A stretch of DNA of 64,000 bases from Mytilus californianus (Eukaryota). The DNA lies in assembly GCF_021869535.1 (NCBI RefSeq), contig NW_026262615.1, forward strand, positions 28,396,001 through 28,460,000. The letters are read 5' to 3'. Positions 38,093-52,220 of the stretch are shown here, piece after piece. The notes under the pieces were generated by a model, which saw only the letters and a program-made list of their open reading frames with translations, searched no databases and had not been told where the DNA came from. The position numbers were made by a program, and so were the translations under genes. Each line of letters starts with the position of its first letter. Position 1 is the first letter of the stretch.

Positions 38093-38366
38093 AATAAGAA
38101 TGTGTCCATAGTACACGGATGCCCCACTCGCACTGTCATTTTCTATGTTCAGTGGACCGTGCAATTGGGGTCAAAACTCTAATTTGGCATTAAAATTAGA
38201 AAGATCATATCATAGGGAACATGTGTACCAAGTTTCAAGTTGATTTGACTTCAACTTCATCAAAAACTACCTTGACAATAACTTTAACCTGAAGCGGGAC
38301 AGACGGACGGACGGACGAACGGACGCACAGACCGAAAAACATAATGCCCCTAGGTGAGGCAAAATA
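38093..38366. mobile_element. HINE/pearl-like non-autonomous element with (GGAC)n microsatellite in SLC6 intron
   Basis: AAGAATGTGTCC start, GACGGACGGACGGACG block, end with ATAATGCCCC...GGC. Confidence 0.6.
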
Positions 38367-38622
38367 AGATTCTTCAAATTTTATAAAATCCTATATCTTG
38401 TAAAATACTAAACGAAATTTGTTATAAAAATAAAAGGTTGTAAATGTTTGATAAAAGATAAAACCACTTTGTATATTGGACTATACATTGATTTTCTCCT
38501 TTTTTGTCACGTCTTGTCTTTCCTTCTTCAGCATATCATTTTTGGTCAATTTCGACTTGTATTGATTATGCCAAAAGTATATAATTGTCAGTGATATAAT
38601 ATATGGAAACATATATTTTCAG

Positions 38623-38744
38623 GTGCCTTTCTTATACCATACATTGTGTGTCTTGTGACATTCACCTTACCGATTTTCTTTCTGTTGGACAGTTTTTAAG
38701 GAAATGATGTACAAATGTATTTAATGTTTGTCCATTACTGAAAG
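38623..38744 (+). pseudogene. SLC6 TM2 exon with a frameshifting deletion and TGA at 38705-38707
   Basis: GAFLIPY..PIFFL, then GQFLRK*CTNVFNVCPLLKG in a shifted frame; the expected ELA residues are missing. Confidence 0.88.
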
Positions 38745-38899
38745 GTAAGTATAGATGTTTCAAAAATTTTATCGGCAATTCAGAAATCGAATTTGCGTTT
38801 TCGATACTTACGTTGCGCAATCCACGTTTTCGTGAATAACCATTGGGCCAATCAGATCATTCAAAACATTGACGTACCCATAATGCAACAACAAAGAAA

Positions 38900-39079
38900 A
38901 CAAATCTAGAATCTGCTTAAATTTTGATATTGACCTTCTTAATAAGATATTGAAGTCTTCTACCTTAAGAAAAGTGGGTGATAGGGGACAAAATAATTTA
39001 CCCTGTATCGTAGGAAAAAAAACCAAGGAGTCCGAACATATGACAAAAATTCCTAAACTTGACCTGACTACATCCTTAA
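38900..39079 (+). mobile_element. Right part of the TTAA (Kolobok-like) element seen at 319-934
   Basis: AAATCTAGAATCTGCTTAAATTTTG...GACTACATCCTTAA. Confidence 0.8.
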
Positions 39080-42000
39080 CGACACTTTTTGTGATAGCCT
39101 TATCTTTGAATATGAAGTTTTAGATGTTTCTGTTGTAGATTGTATGATACTTGGTAAAATAGAATATATATCAAACTTGCATTTCTCTTCAGCATTAAAA
39201 GCAAATACTTTCTAAAGCTTCTCGGACAACAAGTACAGTAAAATGCAAAACACATGTATGTAATATTTTTTCCCCAGTTATATTTTGTCGAACATGTGTA
39301 ACAACGAAACGATGTGTCTTACTATAGTTATAACTTTCAGGTGTGGGTGTCTGCTGCCATTCAGGTGTTTCATTCCTTGGGCATAAGTAATGGTGGACTG
39401 TATGCATTTTCTAGTTTTAATAAATTTTATAATAACACTCTCAGGTAAGTACCTGTTAGTTTTTGATTTGGTTCTCAGAATTGGTTATTCATTAATAACT
39501 AGACAACTGATTGATAGAGTCTCTGATTTAAATGCTTCATCTCATATTTGCCATTTTGTTTCTTTAATTACACAGTTTTAGCATGTATGGATGCCTATAA
39601 TAGCTTACATCCACTTTATTTGAACTTTGGTGGACAGTTGTCTCATTGACAATCATACCTTATCTCCTTGTTTTCATAACGAGAGCGGCATTGCTTGTAT
39701 ACAGGTTTTGAACATTTTTCTTAGACTAAGTTGGCACAAACCAAATTGATGAAAGTGTCTTAAGCCGTGCTAGATCGGGGTTCAAATTTAACGTCTTTAT
39801 TCTGATCAGACGTTGCTGCACATTTGTACATCCCACAAACCCAATCGAATGACTCCTGTGGTGGATGGCGCTCAGCGGGGGCCATCAAGAATAATTTCTA
39901 TCCCTCAACTACCCTCGGGATATAAATATAAAATCTATTACATTGATAGAAAGATAAAATTTGTCCAAATTTACCTCAGCATTGGTCGGGGTTAAGTTTA
40001 AGTGAACAATATCATAAATTATGGGGTCTGTATTCTATATTGTTGTAGGTCATTTTTCTGGGGTGGGGGGGTAGGGGGGGGGGGCTCTTTTTTTTTAGAA
40101 TTAGAACATGTGGAAAGGGGGTATCCATTTGTCAATACTTCAAATGGAGGCATCGAAATCTGTTTACAAGATTTGATCAATTCTGTATTAAAAACATTCA
40201 AAAAGTATAGCTAAATTAATGAATATATTATATCAGAATATAATTATTCAGCAGAAATGTCTAGCACTTGAATCAGATGACATATATAGATCTCTTATAT
40301 TATCATTTTTGGCTTCAAACTTCATTCAGAGTTTGTTTCATGTGATTCATAATCGTCTTCTTTAGTTTTATTGGACATGAAGAACGACAATTTCATTCAT
40401 GAATGGTTGAATGTCTTACATTGTAGTTTTTGCAGGGTTTCTCGAAGCGTTTTGGATTATACCCCTTTCCATATCATTAAAAATCTCAGATAATACTAAT
40501 AGCTGGTTAAACTCATGATTGATCGTATATTTCAATGGATTGAAAAAATATCTGGGAGTCAAGCCTGGCATTTTAAACATTGTCTTTAAGTATAAAAAAA
40601 AATCATTTATGATCTGATAGGCGACCCACACTAAACGTTTTCGACCTACACAATGTACAATAAAAATGTATATTTTTTTTTTGGCTTGAAAGATATCAAT
40701 TAAATGTTAGTATCCAAATCTTAAGTTTTGATCTGAACTTTATTTACTAACTCCTTTAAAAACGGACAGGAACAATGTGCTGAAGTTTAATGAACTTGTT
40801 GTAAATTGCAATGAGACCCCTTTCAAAATTCCCGCAACAACCTCTGATTGAACCTCTAGATCTACTATTGACGAAATACTAGTATTTCATTACATAATGA
40901 TATTATTAATAGCAATTGTATGTATGTATTGAAAAATATTGACAGTGGAGTGAAATTTTCATTCATTTTGATTGGGATTCTTGAATTTATTTTCATATGT
41001 CAAGGTGGGGAACTGGAAAACATAAGAGAAATTCCAAAATGATAGAAAATAACCAGAAAAGACAAAGACAACAAAAATAAGTGTCAGATGCTTAAGGACC
41101 AGATAAAAAACAATGAAAAATAAAAAAGTAGATGTAACTATTGAACAAGAGTAAGCTATTGCAGTAAAACTCATAAAAATTACCTGGCAATTATATTAGG
41201 ACGCATGACGCGTTTAGTCTAATAGGATTCATCGTTGGCACTCTTATTAATACAGTTGAAAAGTTCAAGAACATTATGAAAACCAAACATTTCAAAATGT
41301 AAATGTGCCTTATCTGGCTTAGGCCATCTTTGTTTGTTTGGGGGAGAAAACATTAATGATTTGAGTTCCGAATGGTTATTATCATCTTAACAAAAATCGT
41401 CAAGTGGGGATTGTGTATTGCTTCATGCATTGATGGAATCCTTATTACATTATTTAAATACGAAATTTACATTTTTCTCCTAGAAATGAAACTTCTGTTA
41501 CATTTGTATATTACAGAGATACATGCATACTAACATTTGTGTGTGAAGGTTCCAGCATCTTAGCCGGTGCAGCTATATTTTCTGTACTAGGGTATTTAGC
41601 AAAGAAGTATTCTTTTCCAATCGAAGATGTTGTAAAGTCAGGTATGAAATAAACGTAATGCATAGAAACTAAACCCTTGAGCATAAATGAGCATAAATAA
41701 TACATACGGTATGGGTTTTGCTCATTGTTAAAGGCCGTACGCTGACCTATAGTTGTTAATTTCTGTGCCATTGAGTCTCTTGTAGAGAGTTGTCTCATTG
41801 GCAATCATATCACATCTTCTTATTTTATATAGACTCAATATTCTTATATGATTATGATTTAAAACAACCCCAAATTAACATGTTTGTGTTGGAAAAATAA
41901 ATCTATATTAATTTTTTACGTACAATAACCATCAGACATATTGAGATTAACATACAATCCTAAACAATACACAATTGTGGCAATTCAAAAGGCAGATACA

Positions 42001-42479
42001 AATCAGTTCAATTAAAAATACATTCATACAATGACAACAAAAATAAAGAAGTCCGTATCATTAAAAAAATAATACACAATCCCCTAAAAATATCGAATCA
42101 TGTCGTACTAAACTTTGATATTGAGGATTGTTCGTTGTAGTAATTTTGTACAACCACGTCAAAAATTAAAAATTTTACAATATCTACAATAAATTAATAT
42201 AAAAAAAAATAGGTTGCAGTATGCAATTTGGAAAAATACAATAAATAAGTTAGATTATAAGGTTGCCGTACCTATGTATATATAAAGGCAGTACTTAAAT
42301 GATTTTAGAAATTTTGGGGTCTCTCCAATTATTGACAAGTTTAAAAAGTTGGGCATCATCTGGAAAAAGACAGGATGCCAGAAAGACCAGAAATCTTGTT
42401 TGTGTTTGGCGATGTACAGACATTTTGTTTTAAGATATTTTTAATGTAAAGAACGCGTAGAATTTTTTTTATAATGGAA

Positions 42480-42895
42480 ACCACAAGGGTTAACTGGAGT
42501 GTAGGCATATGGTAATCCCTAGTTCTCTTCTACCGATTAGCAGTAAAACTCTTGCCAAAGTCGGTTTTGTTGTTCGGTATATGTTAATTAGCCGCCACGT
42601 CCGGTGAGGATGAAGACGTTAAATACGATGTAGAGGTGGTTCCTTGCTCTTAAAGCGTAACATATCTCATGTAACCACTCTTTCATGGGTCTGTAGGTAG
42701 CCTGTAACAAGGTGAAATATGTATCCCAATCCAATTTACCCTCATTTTCCAGTGTTATTTCACTCACATGTTCCGCCCTTTCCATCCCTTTCGCCACTTA
42801 TTACAGGACATATCTATGGTATTTATTTGTTTTCGTCCTGAATATGTCTGAAATATTTGCCACTGGACGTTAAGCAAACAACAATTAATTAACCA
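42480..42895 (+). mobile_element. SINE-like element; same 3' end at 3870-3930 and 34160-34210 (minus)
   Basis: 3' end GAAATATTTGCCACTGGACGTTAAGCAA followed by a short AT-rich tail. Confidence 0.55.
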
Positions 42896-44405
42896 ATCTT
42901 AACTCGTAGTATCGAATAATTGAGCGTAACAATTATATATTTGCAAAACAAATTCAACGAGTATGTCAGAAAGGGTGCTTACATTAGGATTTAATGGTCA
43001 TTTTCACATTTTGTCATAGTTGTTACACTGACTAGATACATGTAGGAAACGAATTTTTTTTGGTAACATTTCAGTATTGTCTTGATTTTATGACGTCAAA
43101 ATTAGCACAAATCATACTTATTTACCACATTGAATAAAACTATGTATATTTCAATTCAGTGGATTTACTCCTTTTTTGTTTCAAAAATTCTGAATCAAAA
43201 TCGTAAAAGTATCTTTTATTAATGAATATTAATAGAATAGTAAAACCAAACAAAAAATGTTTATTACTTACATAATATATTTGTTTTAGGACCTGGACTC
43301 GGTTTTGTTGCGTATCCAGAGGCTCTAGCACACCTTCCTGGACAAAACATCTGGACTGTTTTATTCTTTATAATGTTGCTCAGTTTAGCCCTTGATTCAA
43401 AAGTAAGCACTGACTTAAAGTAAGTATCACTTAATGGAGTTAACCTGCCTACTCAAAAGTGCACGCCATTCTTTTTTTATTGTAGTCTGCTTCAACGAAT
43501 TTATGGTGCTTGCAAAATGTCCGATGGTATGTTTTCTAGGCATATTCAGAGAAATTGAACAGGATTACTACGCTGTAGCTAACTTTTATCCGTCGTTTTG
43601 TCTTAATAGTAGCCTACTTCGGCAGGCATTAAAAGCGCAAATAAAGGCAATAGTAGTATACCGCTGTCCAATAGTCATAAATCGATTTAACTGAAACCAA
43701 TCCGGGTCACAAACCAAAACTGAGGGAAACACATCAACTATAAGAGGAGAAAAACCCATCAACAAAAACACTGAACTGCTACAAAAACAAACGTCAACAT
43801 ACATAAAAAACCGACTATTTGATAACAACTGACTTGGTACAGGACATTTTAAGAAAAACACATTATCATACTTAAACACTAGTTTGATATTGAAAAGAAA
43901 ATTGACTTACTAACAGATTTATACTCATCACATCCATAAAACAAACTAAAGCCGTCAGATCATATTCATTCGTGGGTGTTGCTTGCAATACTTTGCAACA
44001 ACAAAAAAAGTAAACAAAAACGATTACACAGTGTCCTGCAAAACTCGTCACAAAATATTGATAGCATTGTAAGGTCAACAATACAAATTACTAATTATTA
44101 TTGTATTTTCAAACGACGTTAGACATACACGTATATTTTCCTACACTGTACGAATATTGTTTTTAGCCTGCAATTCAATATTTTTCCATCCACTCGCTTA
44201 ATTTGTTTTTGAATAAAATGGACATGTATTAAAAGCGAACCGCAAAGAGGACACCAAATTCAATTGCGACGTTAAGAGTAACTTAAACATGAATATATTC
44301 ACTCGCAACTGAAGTAGGATACCTGGAGACTAATCGGTTCGTGTTATTTGTACACATGTATTTGTATAGTAAAATGATCGATTGCAGGATACAAAGTATT
44401 GTCAA

Positions 44406-44407
<2 letters not shown>

Positions 44408-44448
<41 letters not shown>
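44408..44448. repeat. Compound (CA)n(TA)n microsatellite
   Basis: Direct reading. Confidence 0.95.
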
Positions 44449-47400
44449 CATACGTCATGATGATATCATATCATACTCGTGCCATCATCCTTAAATGTTC
44501 AGTGACCCATGACATCTAGGTCAAAACCATAATGTGTTATGAACATGACCTTTTGAGGACCTAGTTTCAATTTCAAAGTAAACTAACTTACCCAAAACAC
44601 TTAACCTTGATACGGCACGCATTTTCAAACCGGCATCAGATCCCCTATTTTTATTATAGTCGTAAAACTATGCTACAAAGTAAAAATGCTTTCAAACAAA
44701 CGGTCTCAAAGAAGAAGTGTTCATGAATAACAAATTAAAGGAGAAGATACTTCAAAGTGGATTAACAGCGATAAGGGATGGGAAATTAAGTCTGCCAGTT
44801 AAAGAAGATGGTATGGATTATAATACATAAATTTTACTTGCAACAATCCATAAACGAACTCTCAAGGTATTCTTGCAAGTTAGCGATACTTTACAAGCGT
44901 GAGACATCAGAAATGTCATCTCCATTCTGTTCGGGTGTAGTTGCGTATTTGCACATCTCGCATATCAAAACGGACGTGACTCTTAATCATTTGTTTGCTG
45001 TTTGATAAAAGTCCTGTTTAACATATCAACATTATTCGTCAACGACTACATGTGATCACTTGTACATGTTGTATATACTCTTATTTTTCAGTTTGCCAGT
45101 TTTGAGTGTATTGTAATAGGGGTAATTGACACCTGGCCTTCTTTGTTGAGAAAAAGAATAATTGTGATCATTGTATTATGTAGTATTTCTGCCTTGTCTG
45201 GTATTATTTTCTGCTTTCAGGTATGTATCAAATCGAAAATCGATCAATATTTTGACTATAGAGAGCAGTCAAAGAAGAGACATGGGTTAAAATGAGACTA
45301 GACATACAAACAAAAGATTACTAGATGGACATCTGACAGTCCTCTTCACCGAAATTCAACAAAATTTAATAGATTTAATATTTGATATTTCAATGAGAGA
45401 GGCATTAGAGAATGTGAGATATATGGCAATGCGTCAGCGACACAATATAAACAAAAAAGGCAATTGTGGTCAACAAACAATCATGCAAGTAATATTTTAT
45501 ATGCCGATCGATATAATTTTGTTTATTTTTTAAGGCAGGCATTTACATATTTCAAATAATGGACTGGTACTGTTCATTTTCACTACCATTTATCGGAATG
45601 ATAGAGTGCATCGTGTTCGGATGGGTGTGTGGTAAATATCTTTATCACAATTAGATAGTTGTATACTAGTACGTAAATTTGGAAAGAGATGGCGCAATTT
45701 GCCATGAGTTTTTTCCACACCAGGGAAATTTTCGCTCTTGTTCACTTTATCGCAGCTTCATGTGTTGTCTTTGAGTTTCTTACAGCATTATGGCTTGTTT
45801 CTAAACAGATTACCAAGTTAAAAACGCCTGCAGATGGTTCAAGACCGAAATTTGACAGGTGTTGTAATAATAAAACGTATATATTCTAAAAATGTTAAAG
45901 AACGACATTAATGACCAAATTCCTTTTGAAATTAAGCTATATATTTTTATTTGATACAAATTAGTTCATATTTACCGAACAAAAATCATTTTTTAATCAA
46001 ATAGAAAATAGGATTTGAAAAAATCAAAAAAGGGCAACCAATATTGACTGCCACATATAATATATGTCGATTTGAGTAGGATAGGTATTTTGCTTTTGCA
46101 TCGGCTCATACACATTTAAAGTAAAACTTACATTAACGAAATAAACTAGTGTCTTTTCAAGGATTAATGTAAACTCCGAACAAAGGTTGTGTATACAGTA
46201 AATCCAAAACAGCTGTGAATGTCTCTTATGGGGGATTCGTAATCTGGTAAAATTTTTATCCATTCGAATTGCAACTGGTGTTGTATAGTAAATGCTGACT
46301 TGGAATGTAATATATGCAAAAGAGAGGGACGAAAGATACCAGAGGGACAGTCAAACTCATAGATCGAAAACAAACTGACAACGCCATGGCCAAAAATAAA
46401 AAGACAAACAGACAAAAAATAGTACAGATGACACAACATAGAAAACTAAAGACTAAGCAACACGAACCCCACCAACAACTGGGGGTAATCTCAGGATCTG
46501 CAACAGCAGCAGAGCAGCGTGTTAGAGATTATCAATTAAATCATAGATCGAAATAACCTTTACATTTAAATAATTCACTGTTCTGAACTTTGGAAAGTTT
46601 ACTTCACAGATAGACTGTTTAATTGATTACAAAAAAGAATACCACCACATGTATTTACATCTGAATGGACACCTCTTAGCGTAAGCCTTTAAGCTGGACA
46701 TCGAAGGGAATGTGATCATATATCTATACTCATGTGGAGGTCGGAATATGCTTACCCTTCCGGAGCACCTGTGATCACCCCAGTCTTTGATGGGGTTCGT
46801 GTTGCTCAGACTTTGGTTTTCTTTACTGTTGTTTGTCTTTATTTCTTTTTAAGCCATGTTAGTCATTTTGTTTCTGACTGATGAGTTTGACTGTCCCTTT
46901 GGGCATTGGCATCCTTCGCCTCTCCTATACTTTGTAATGTTTTACGACATGTGAGTTCAACTAAAATATAATTTGCATAAACCGAAAGTTAACTGTTTTT
47001 TACGCAGGTCAAAATTGGTTGCAAGATCGAGAAAATGTATCAAACGTTAATGAAGTGAATATCTTTCATGGTGGAAAACAACTTGTATTATACAATACTC
47101 TTATTATAGAATTTTTTTGACGAGTTTTAGAAACAGAGATATAAGCAAGGCTTTCAGGTACAAATGCATTGTATACTTCCTAAATTGTAAGAATATTGTT
47201 TGTGTCCTGCAATTTAACATTTAACGTATAGTTTTTCTCTAAATCAAATCGTTGAAATTGTGTATGAATGGAATTGACATGATAAAACACGGATCACGAT
47301 GAGGACCCCAAATTAAACTTCTATGTAAATAGTAGCTTCGCTCGCAACAGAAGCATAATAGCAGTAGACTATTAACGTACACCACTAAAATACGTTTAAA

Positions 47401-49374
47401 TCGCTTCATGTTATCTGTCAATCTGAATTTTTATAGTATAGAAAGGTCGATTGCAGAATAAAATTGGATATAAGTCACATATTGCGCACAAGAAGTTCAC
47501 ACATACTCAATGTCGAAATGGGTCCTAACTATCCAACATTTCATATCTTTTACTTTCGATCGAATCTTCATTGCCTCAATATAAAGAAACGTCGTCGATA
47601 TGACAGGAAAATATAGCATACACACCTCCTAAACTAGCCTATCTATAACCAAACATGATTAAATAACATTCAATTTTAGTGGACTGTGGCATTTTTCTAA
47701 CATGGGTCAAGCATTTACGTTTGTTTTGATTGACAGTTTGCGTATTTAATAACTTTTGGATAACTTCACACAACCATTGATTGGGAGGGGATTGTACCTC
47801 TCAGCCGAAGAATCTTGGTTAAATCATGGAGTTTCCGCTGGACTTCAAAATATAAGGATAATTTAAAATAAATCTTGCGCTTAGTTGGGTTTTCGTGGAG
47901 TTGGCATTTCAATTATATTTTTGTGAGGCACGAATTTGGCTAAATTTTGAAGGCATAAGTAATGTTTATTTATTTCTCGATGGTATTTCAGAAATTTTCT
48001 TAATGTAAAAACGTATTTTTTAGATTTTATACGGTAAGATACTAGTAGTTTTTTTGTTTTTGTTTATTAAGGAACATAGAAACGTGATAAAAAAAAAAAA
48101 GCGTGTGTCAATTACAATATGTTGTAATATCAGTTTCTAGTATACTGATACTTCTTCGTATACTGTCTAAGCTGGATAAAATTGTATCTTGAATATGCTC
48201 TAAGCTACAATATTGGGAACGATTATGCTACTTTCTAAGCTAGATTTTCATCTTGAATTATCTCAATTTAACGATAAGAAAAGAGTTAAAATCATTTTGA
48301 ATGCTATAGTCTTAATGATAGGAAGGCGGGTACTGTGAGGAGCATCATTCGGAATGTTCTAAGCTTAAAAACAGGAATAAACGTTTATGACGTCTGCTGT
48401 TCTTTTAACTTTCATCTGGAATGATCTAGGTTAAAACAAATTGATGTAAAGTATCGCGATTATGCTATTCAGTGAAATTGACAAGCTTTCATCTGAAATG
48501 CTCTTAACTTAAAATAGAAGTGGTGTTTACAGATTCTGTTTTTCAAACCTGAATAAATTTTCATCATGAATGATTAAAGCAAACAGAAAAAAGTGAGTGA
48601 AAACTCTCCTTAATTCTCACATTGTTCGAGGTATTTTTGACCAACATGCCATAACAATTTATAATTGTTTCTATACGAATGAGGGACGTTTGACAAAGCG
48701 ACATTAGAAGCTGAACATTCTCCCCTGTATATGGTACACAATATTCTTACAAACACTGAATTTACAATCAATTGGTTGTTTTTTTCAGGAACAAATAAGC
48801 TTTCAAACGATTTTGAGATGATGTATGGACGCGGAATTCCGATATATTTCAGGATATTTATTTGTTTTATAGCATCTTCACTACTTCCGGTAGGACGAAT
48901 TTAATTTAGTGATGTTAGGCTAAACAAATAATCCATCTAATACAACAGTAAATCATTCGAAAAATTTAACATGTGTATTACTTTTTTTTGTCTGGTCATC
49001 AAATATACGTACGGTGCATTTTTTGTCAAAGCAATATCAAAATCAAAGAACAACATTTTTTTTTTAATGTCAAGATTATTATACAATGTAAAGCCGAATA
49101 TTTAAAAGGCAAGAATGTATAAGAACCTAAACAGTTACACAGCTATATGACCAAAAGGACATACAATATATAGCCAATCCATCTTAGGTCAACTTTGGCT
49201 AAAGGAGTTGAAACTTTAGTTTCTTTATGATTTAAAAATCTATCAACTGACAATTTTAGAAAGGTTTGTTATAAATCATGTCAGTATCGAAGTACTGACT
49301 TCTGAACTGATGATACCTTAGGGGGTATCTTTATTGATAACCTCATCATAGATACAAGAATTAAAATTTTTGTT

Positions 49375-49418
49375 CGCCAGACGCGCGTTTTGTTTACAAA
49401 AGACTCATCAGAGACTCT
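49375..49418 (-). ncRNA. Hammerhead motif with GAAA>AAAA core mutation
   Basis: GAGUCU CUGAUGA GUC uuuugua AAC AAAA CGCGCG UC UGGCGA. Confidence 0.65.
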
Positions 49419-52177
49419 TGAATCAAAAAAGTAAAAAGACCGGGAACAGAGATTAACAAACACATTTTAAACGTACATTTGAATAATGACGAATTTTTAT
49501 TATAAAGAGTCTTTTTGTCAGAATATTTATAAAACATAAATGAACACGACAAATCTAGTCTGTCATTGAACTGTTATTGACCTTAACCTTAACAAATTTA
49601 ATACTAAGGATTTTTGAGGCATGAAAAAAGTTACCTAATTTCTATTAAAAAAACCAAAGAAAAACAACAAAAAACAACATCATACATATCATATACTCTT
49701 GTATCTGCAGTTCCGATCAGTTTTAACCTCGACTCTGAATTGTCCGAATTATTTGTCATATAACTGTCTAAATATTAAAGTGGGAGATTCTGTTCTACAA
49801 AAGAACAGTCAAAGGTTGTTCTAAGGTAGAGCTGTCATGATCAGTTCAAGGATGGAGCTGTTAAAATAATTTCTAAACTGAAACAGACATAATTCACCTA
49901 AATTAGAGAAATTATTTGATTATGCATAATAAAATTTCTGGTCGAAGATAACGTCCGGAATAGTTTACTGGATATTTCCGTGTATGGCATACTTAAGATA
50001 AAAGGACCTAATAATTACACTGTCTTTGTTAGTTTTATCAACTCTTACGTTTGTATAAAGGTTTGAACTATTCTCTACATCAACATCAGTAGAGGCGAAA
50101 TATTTTCCATGTAAATCGGTTATAATTATCAGAAATAATATATTTTGTTTAACTGAATGACTATACACTGCAAGGAGCACATTCGTGGAATTTACAGATA
50201 AAATGTATTGATTACACAGTGACCAAATAATGTTCTGAGAGTGATATTGTACTTTAAGAATGACATTTTACATACATACATTAATTATTTCTTTTATATA
50301 AACATTTGTGTACGATAACAACAACAATAGATGAAGCTAAAGTAAAAGTCTTCGAAACTTTCAAGATGCCAGACAATTGCAGAAGAGTGTTAGAAGGGTT
50401 GTTCTACTGACTTGACAGATCTTAAAAAAAAAATAAAATGAACCCTCTGCACTTTGTTATTTGTCGGTCAGTAAATGAATAAATATACCGACTCATTCAA
50501 CTACATTTTATTATAAAATTTGCAGACAATTTTTATCAGTGGAATGGTGACTTATAAGGCTCCAACGCATGGTGATTATCAGTTTCCGAATGCATCTATT
50601 GCATTCGGATTTATTGTTGCATTGCTACCTCTGATACCTATTACAGTGTTTGCCATTCGATCACTAAAGAATGCACCGGGTCAAACTTTTAAACAGGTAA
50701 GGATGCATGTTGTATGATTAATTATTTAAAAAAAATAAAAAATAAAGTATTTAATGGAGGCCAATTAAAACAACAGAAATATTGACAAAAGGTTTTCAAA
50801 AAAGCGCAAAATGACGCCAAACTGTGATTTTCAGTAATACTTTCCGTTACAGCTCTAAGTGTCATCCTAATAATTTAAAACTGTCCTGAAAAACTGATAA
50901 GTATGGTAAGATTTCGACCGACATAGTTACTACTCCACGCAAATATGTGTGTTGCATTGTATCAATGTTATACAAATATGTAGGATAAACGATACAACCA
51001 CTGTTGAATTCCTGATCATGAGTTTATTTTCCAAACAGACAAAAAATGATGGAAGCAGATGACAATATGATAAAAAAAAACTTAAGATTCAATTTAAACT
51101 AAATGATACCTCAGCAATATATGTATGACACACACTAAGGGTTTTGGAATAAACAGTAAAATAACAAAAATACCTAACTCCAAGGAAAATTGAAATCGGA
51201 AAGTCCCTAATCAAATGGCATAATCAAAAGTTCAAACAAACCAAACAAATGGATAACAACTGTCATATTCCTGACTTGGAACAGGCTTTTTTTTCTTATG
51301 TAGAAAATGGTGGATTAAACCTAGTTTTACAGCTATCTAAATCTCTCACTTGTATAACATAATGCTACATACAAGGATCGAAAATATATGGTTTTGTATA
51401 TTCACGAATTGATTGATTAAGTGTTGCTTTTAAAGTTCATGGGCAGATATGTCATGCGCATTTCGGATGAGATTGATTTTGATTGACGGGGATAAAGGAG
51501 GGTTATTGGTATTGTTAATTGAATTTTGCACTGCAGCAAGTCAAATAGGAACGCTTAAACATTAAATGCATCAAACTATCTGACAAAAATGCATGAAACT
51601 ATTAGACATTAAATGTATCAAACTATCTCAACAGTAGGCACCCTATCATCACGGGAATGTAACCCGACGGAAAACGACTACTTGACATGTCTACCTGTCA
51701 CTCCTGAGATCTTGTCTAAAAACTAAAAATGTCAAGATGTAAGCATAATGTTTCAGATTGTATTGTCAGTTTGATAGATGATATTTCTCACTGACTCCTC
51801 TGCGTTAATTGAGAGACTTTTGTGATGTGTCTGATTAAATGTCGACAAACTATTCATACCCTTTAACCTAAAACTAAACTGCTGCAAATGTTGATTACGA
51901 AGTTGAATTTTAAGGGCTCATGTTGGTACTGTTAGACATTTGTTTTGGCTTTCCAACATTTTATCCTGAGCATTACCAATGAGGTCGCGTACTCCTAGTC
52001 CCTAAAGTTGTTCTATCAAATAACAAGTCTAATATTTATTTACTGAATTAAAGTGATAGTGACCGGTTTTAGTTTATGATACTAATCTGCACAAGGACGG
52101 TTGTTTTGAAGCTAATTTTACAAATAATTTGACTTGACAAAAAAAAACTCAATAAAGATACTGGGCTTATAATTTTT

Positions 52178-52220
52178 AACACCAGACGCGCGTTTCGTAT
52201 ACATAAGACTCAAGTGACGA
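52178..52220 (-). ncRNA. Hammerhead motif with a 2-nt deletion in CUGAUGA
   Basis: CGUCA CUUGA GUC uuaugua UAC GAAA CGCGCG UC UGGUG. Confidence 0.65.
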
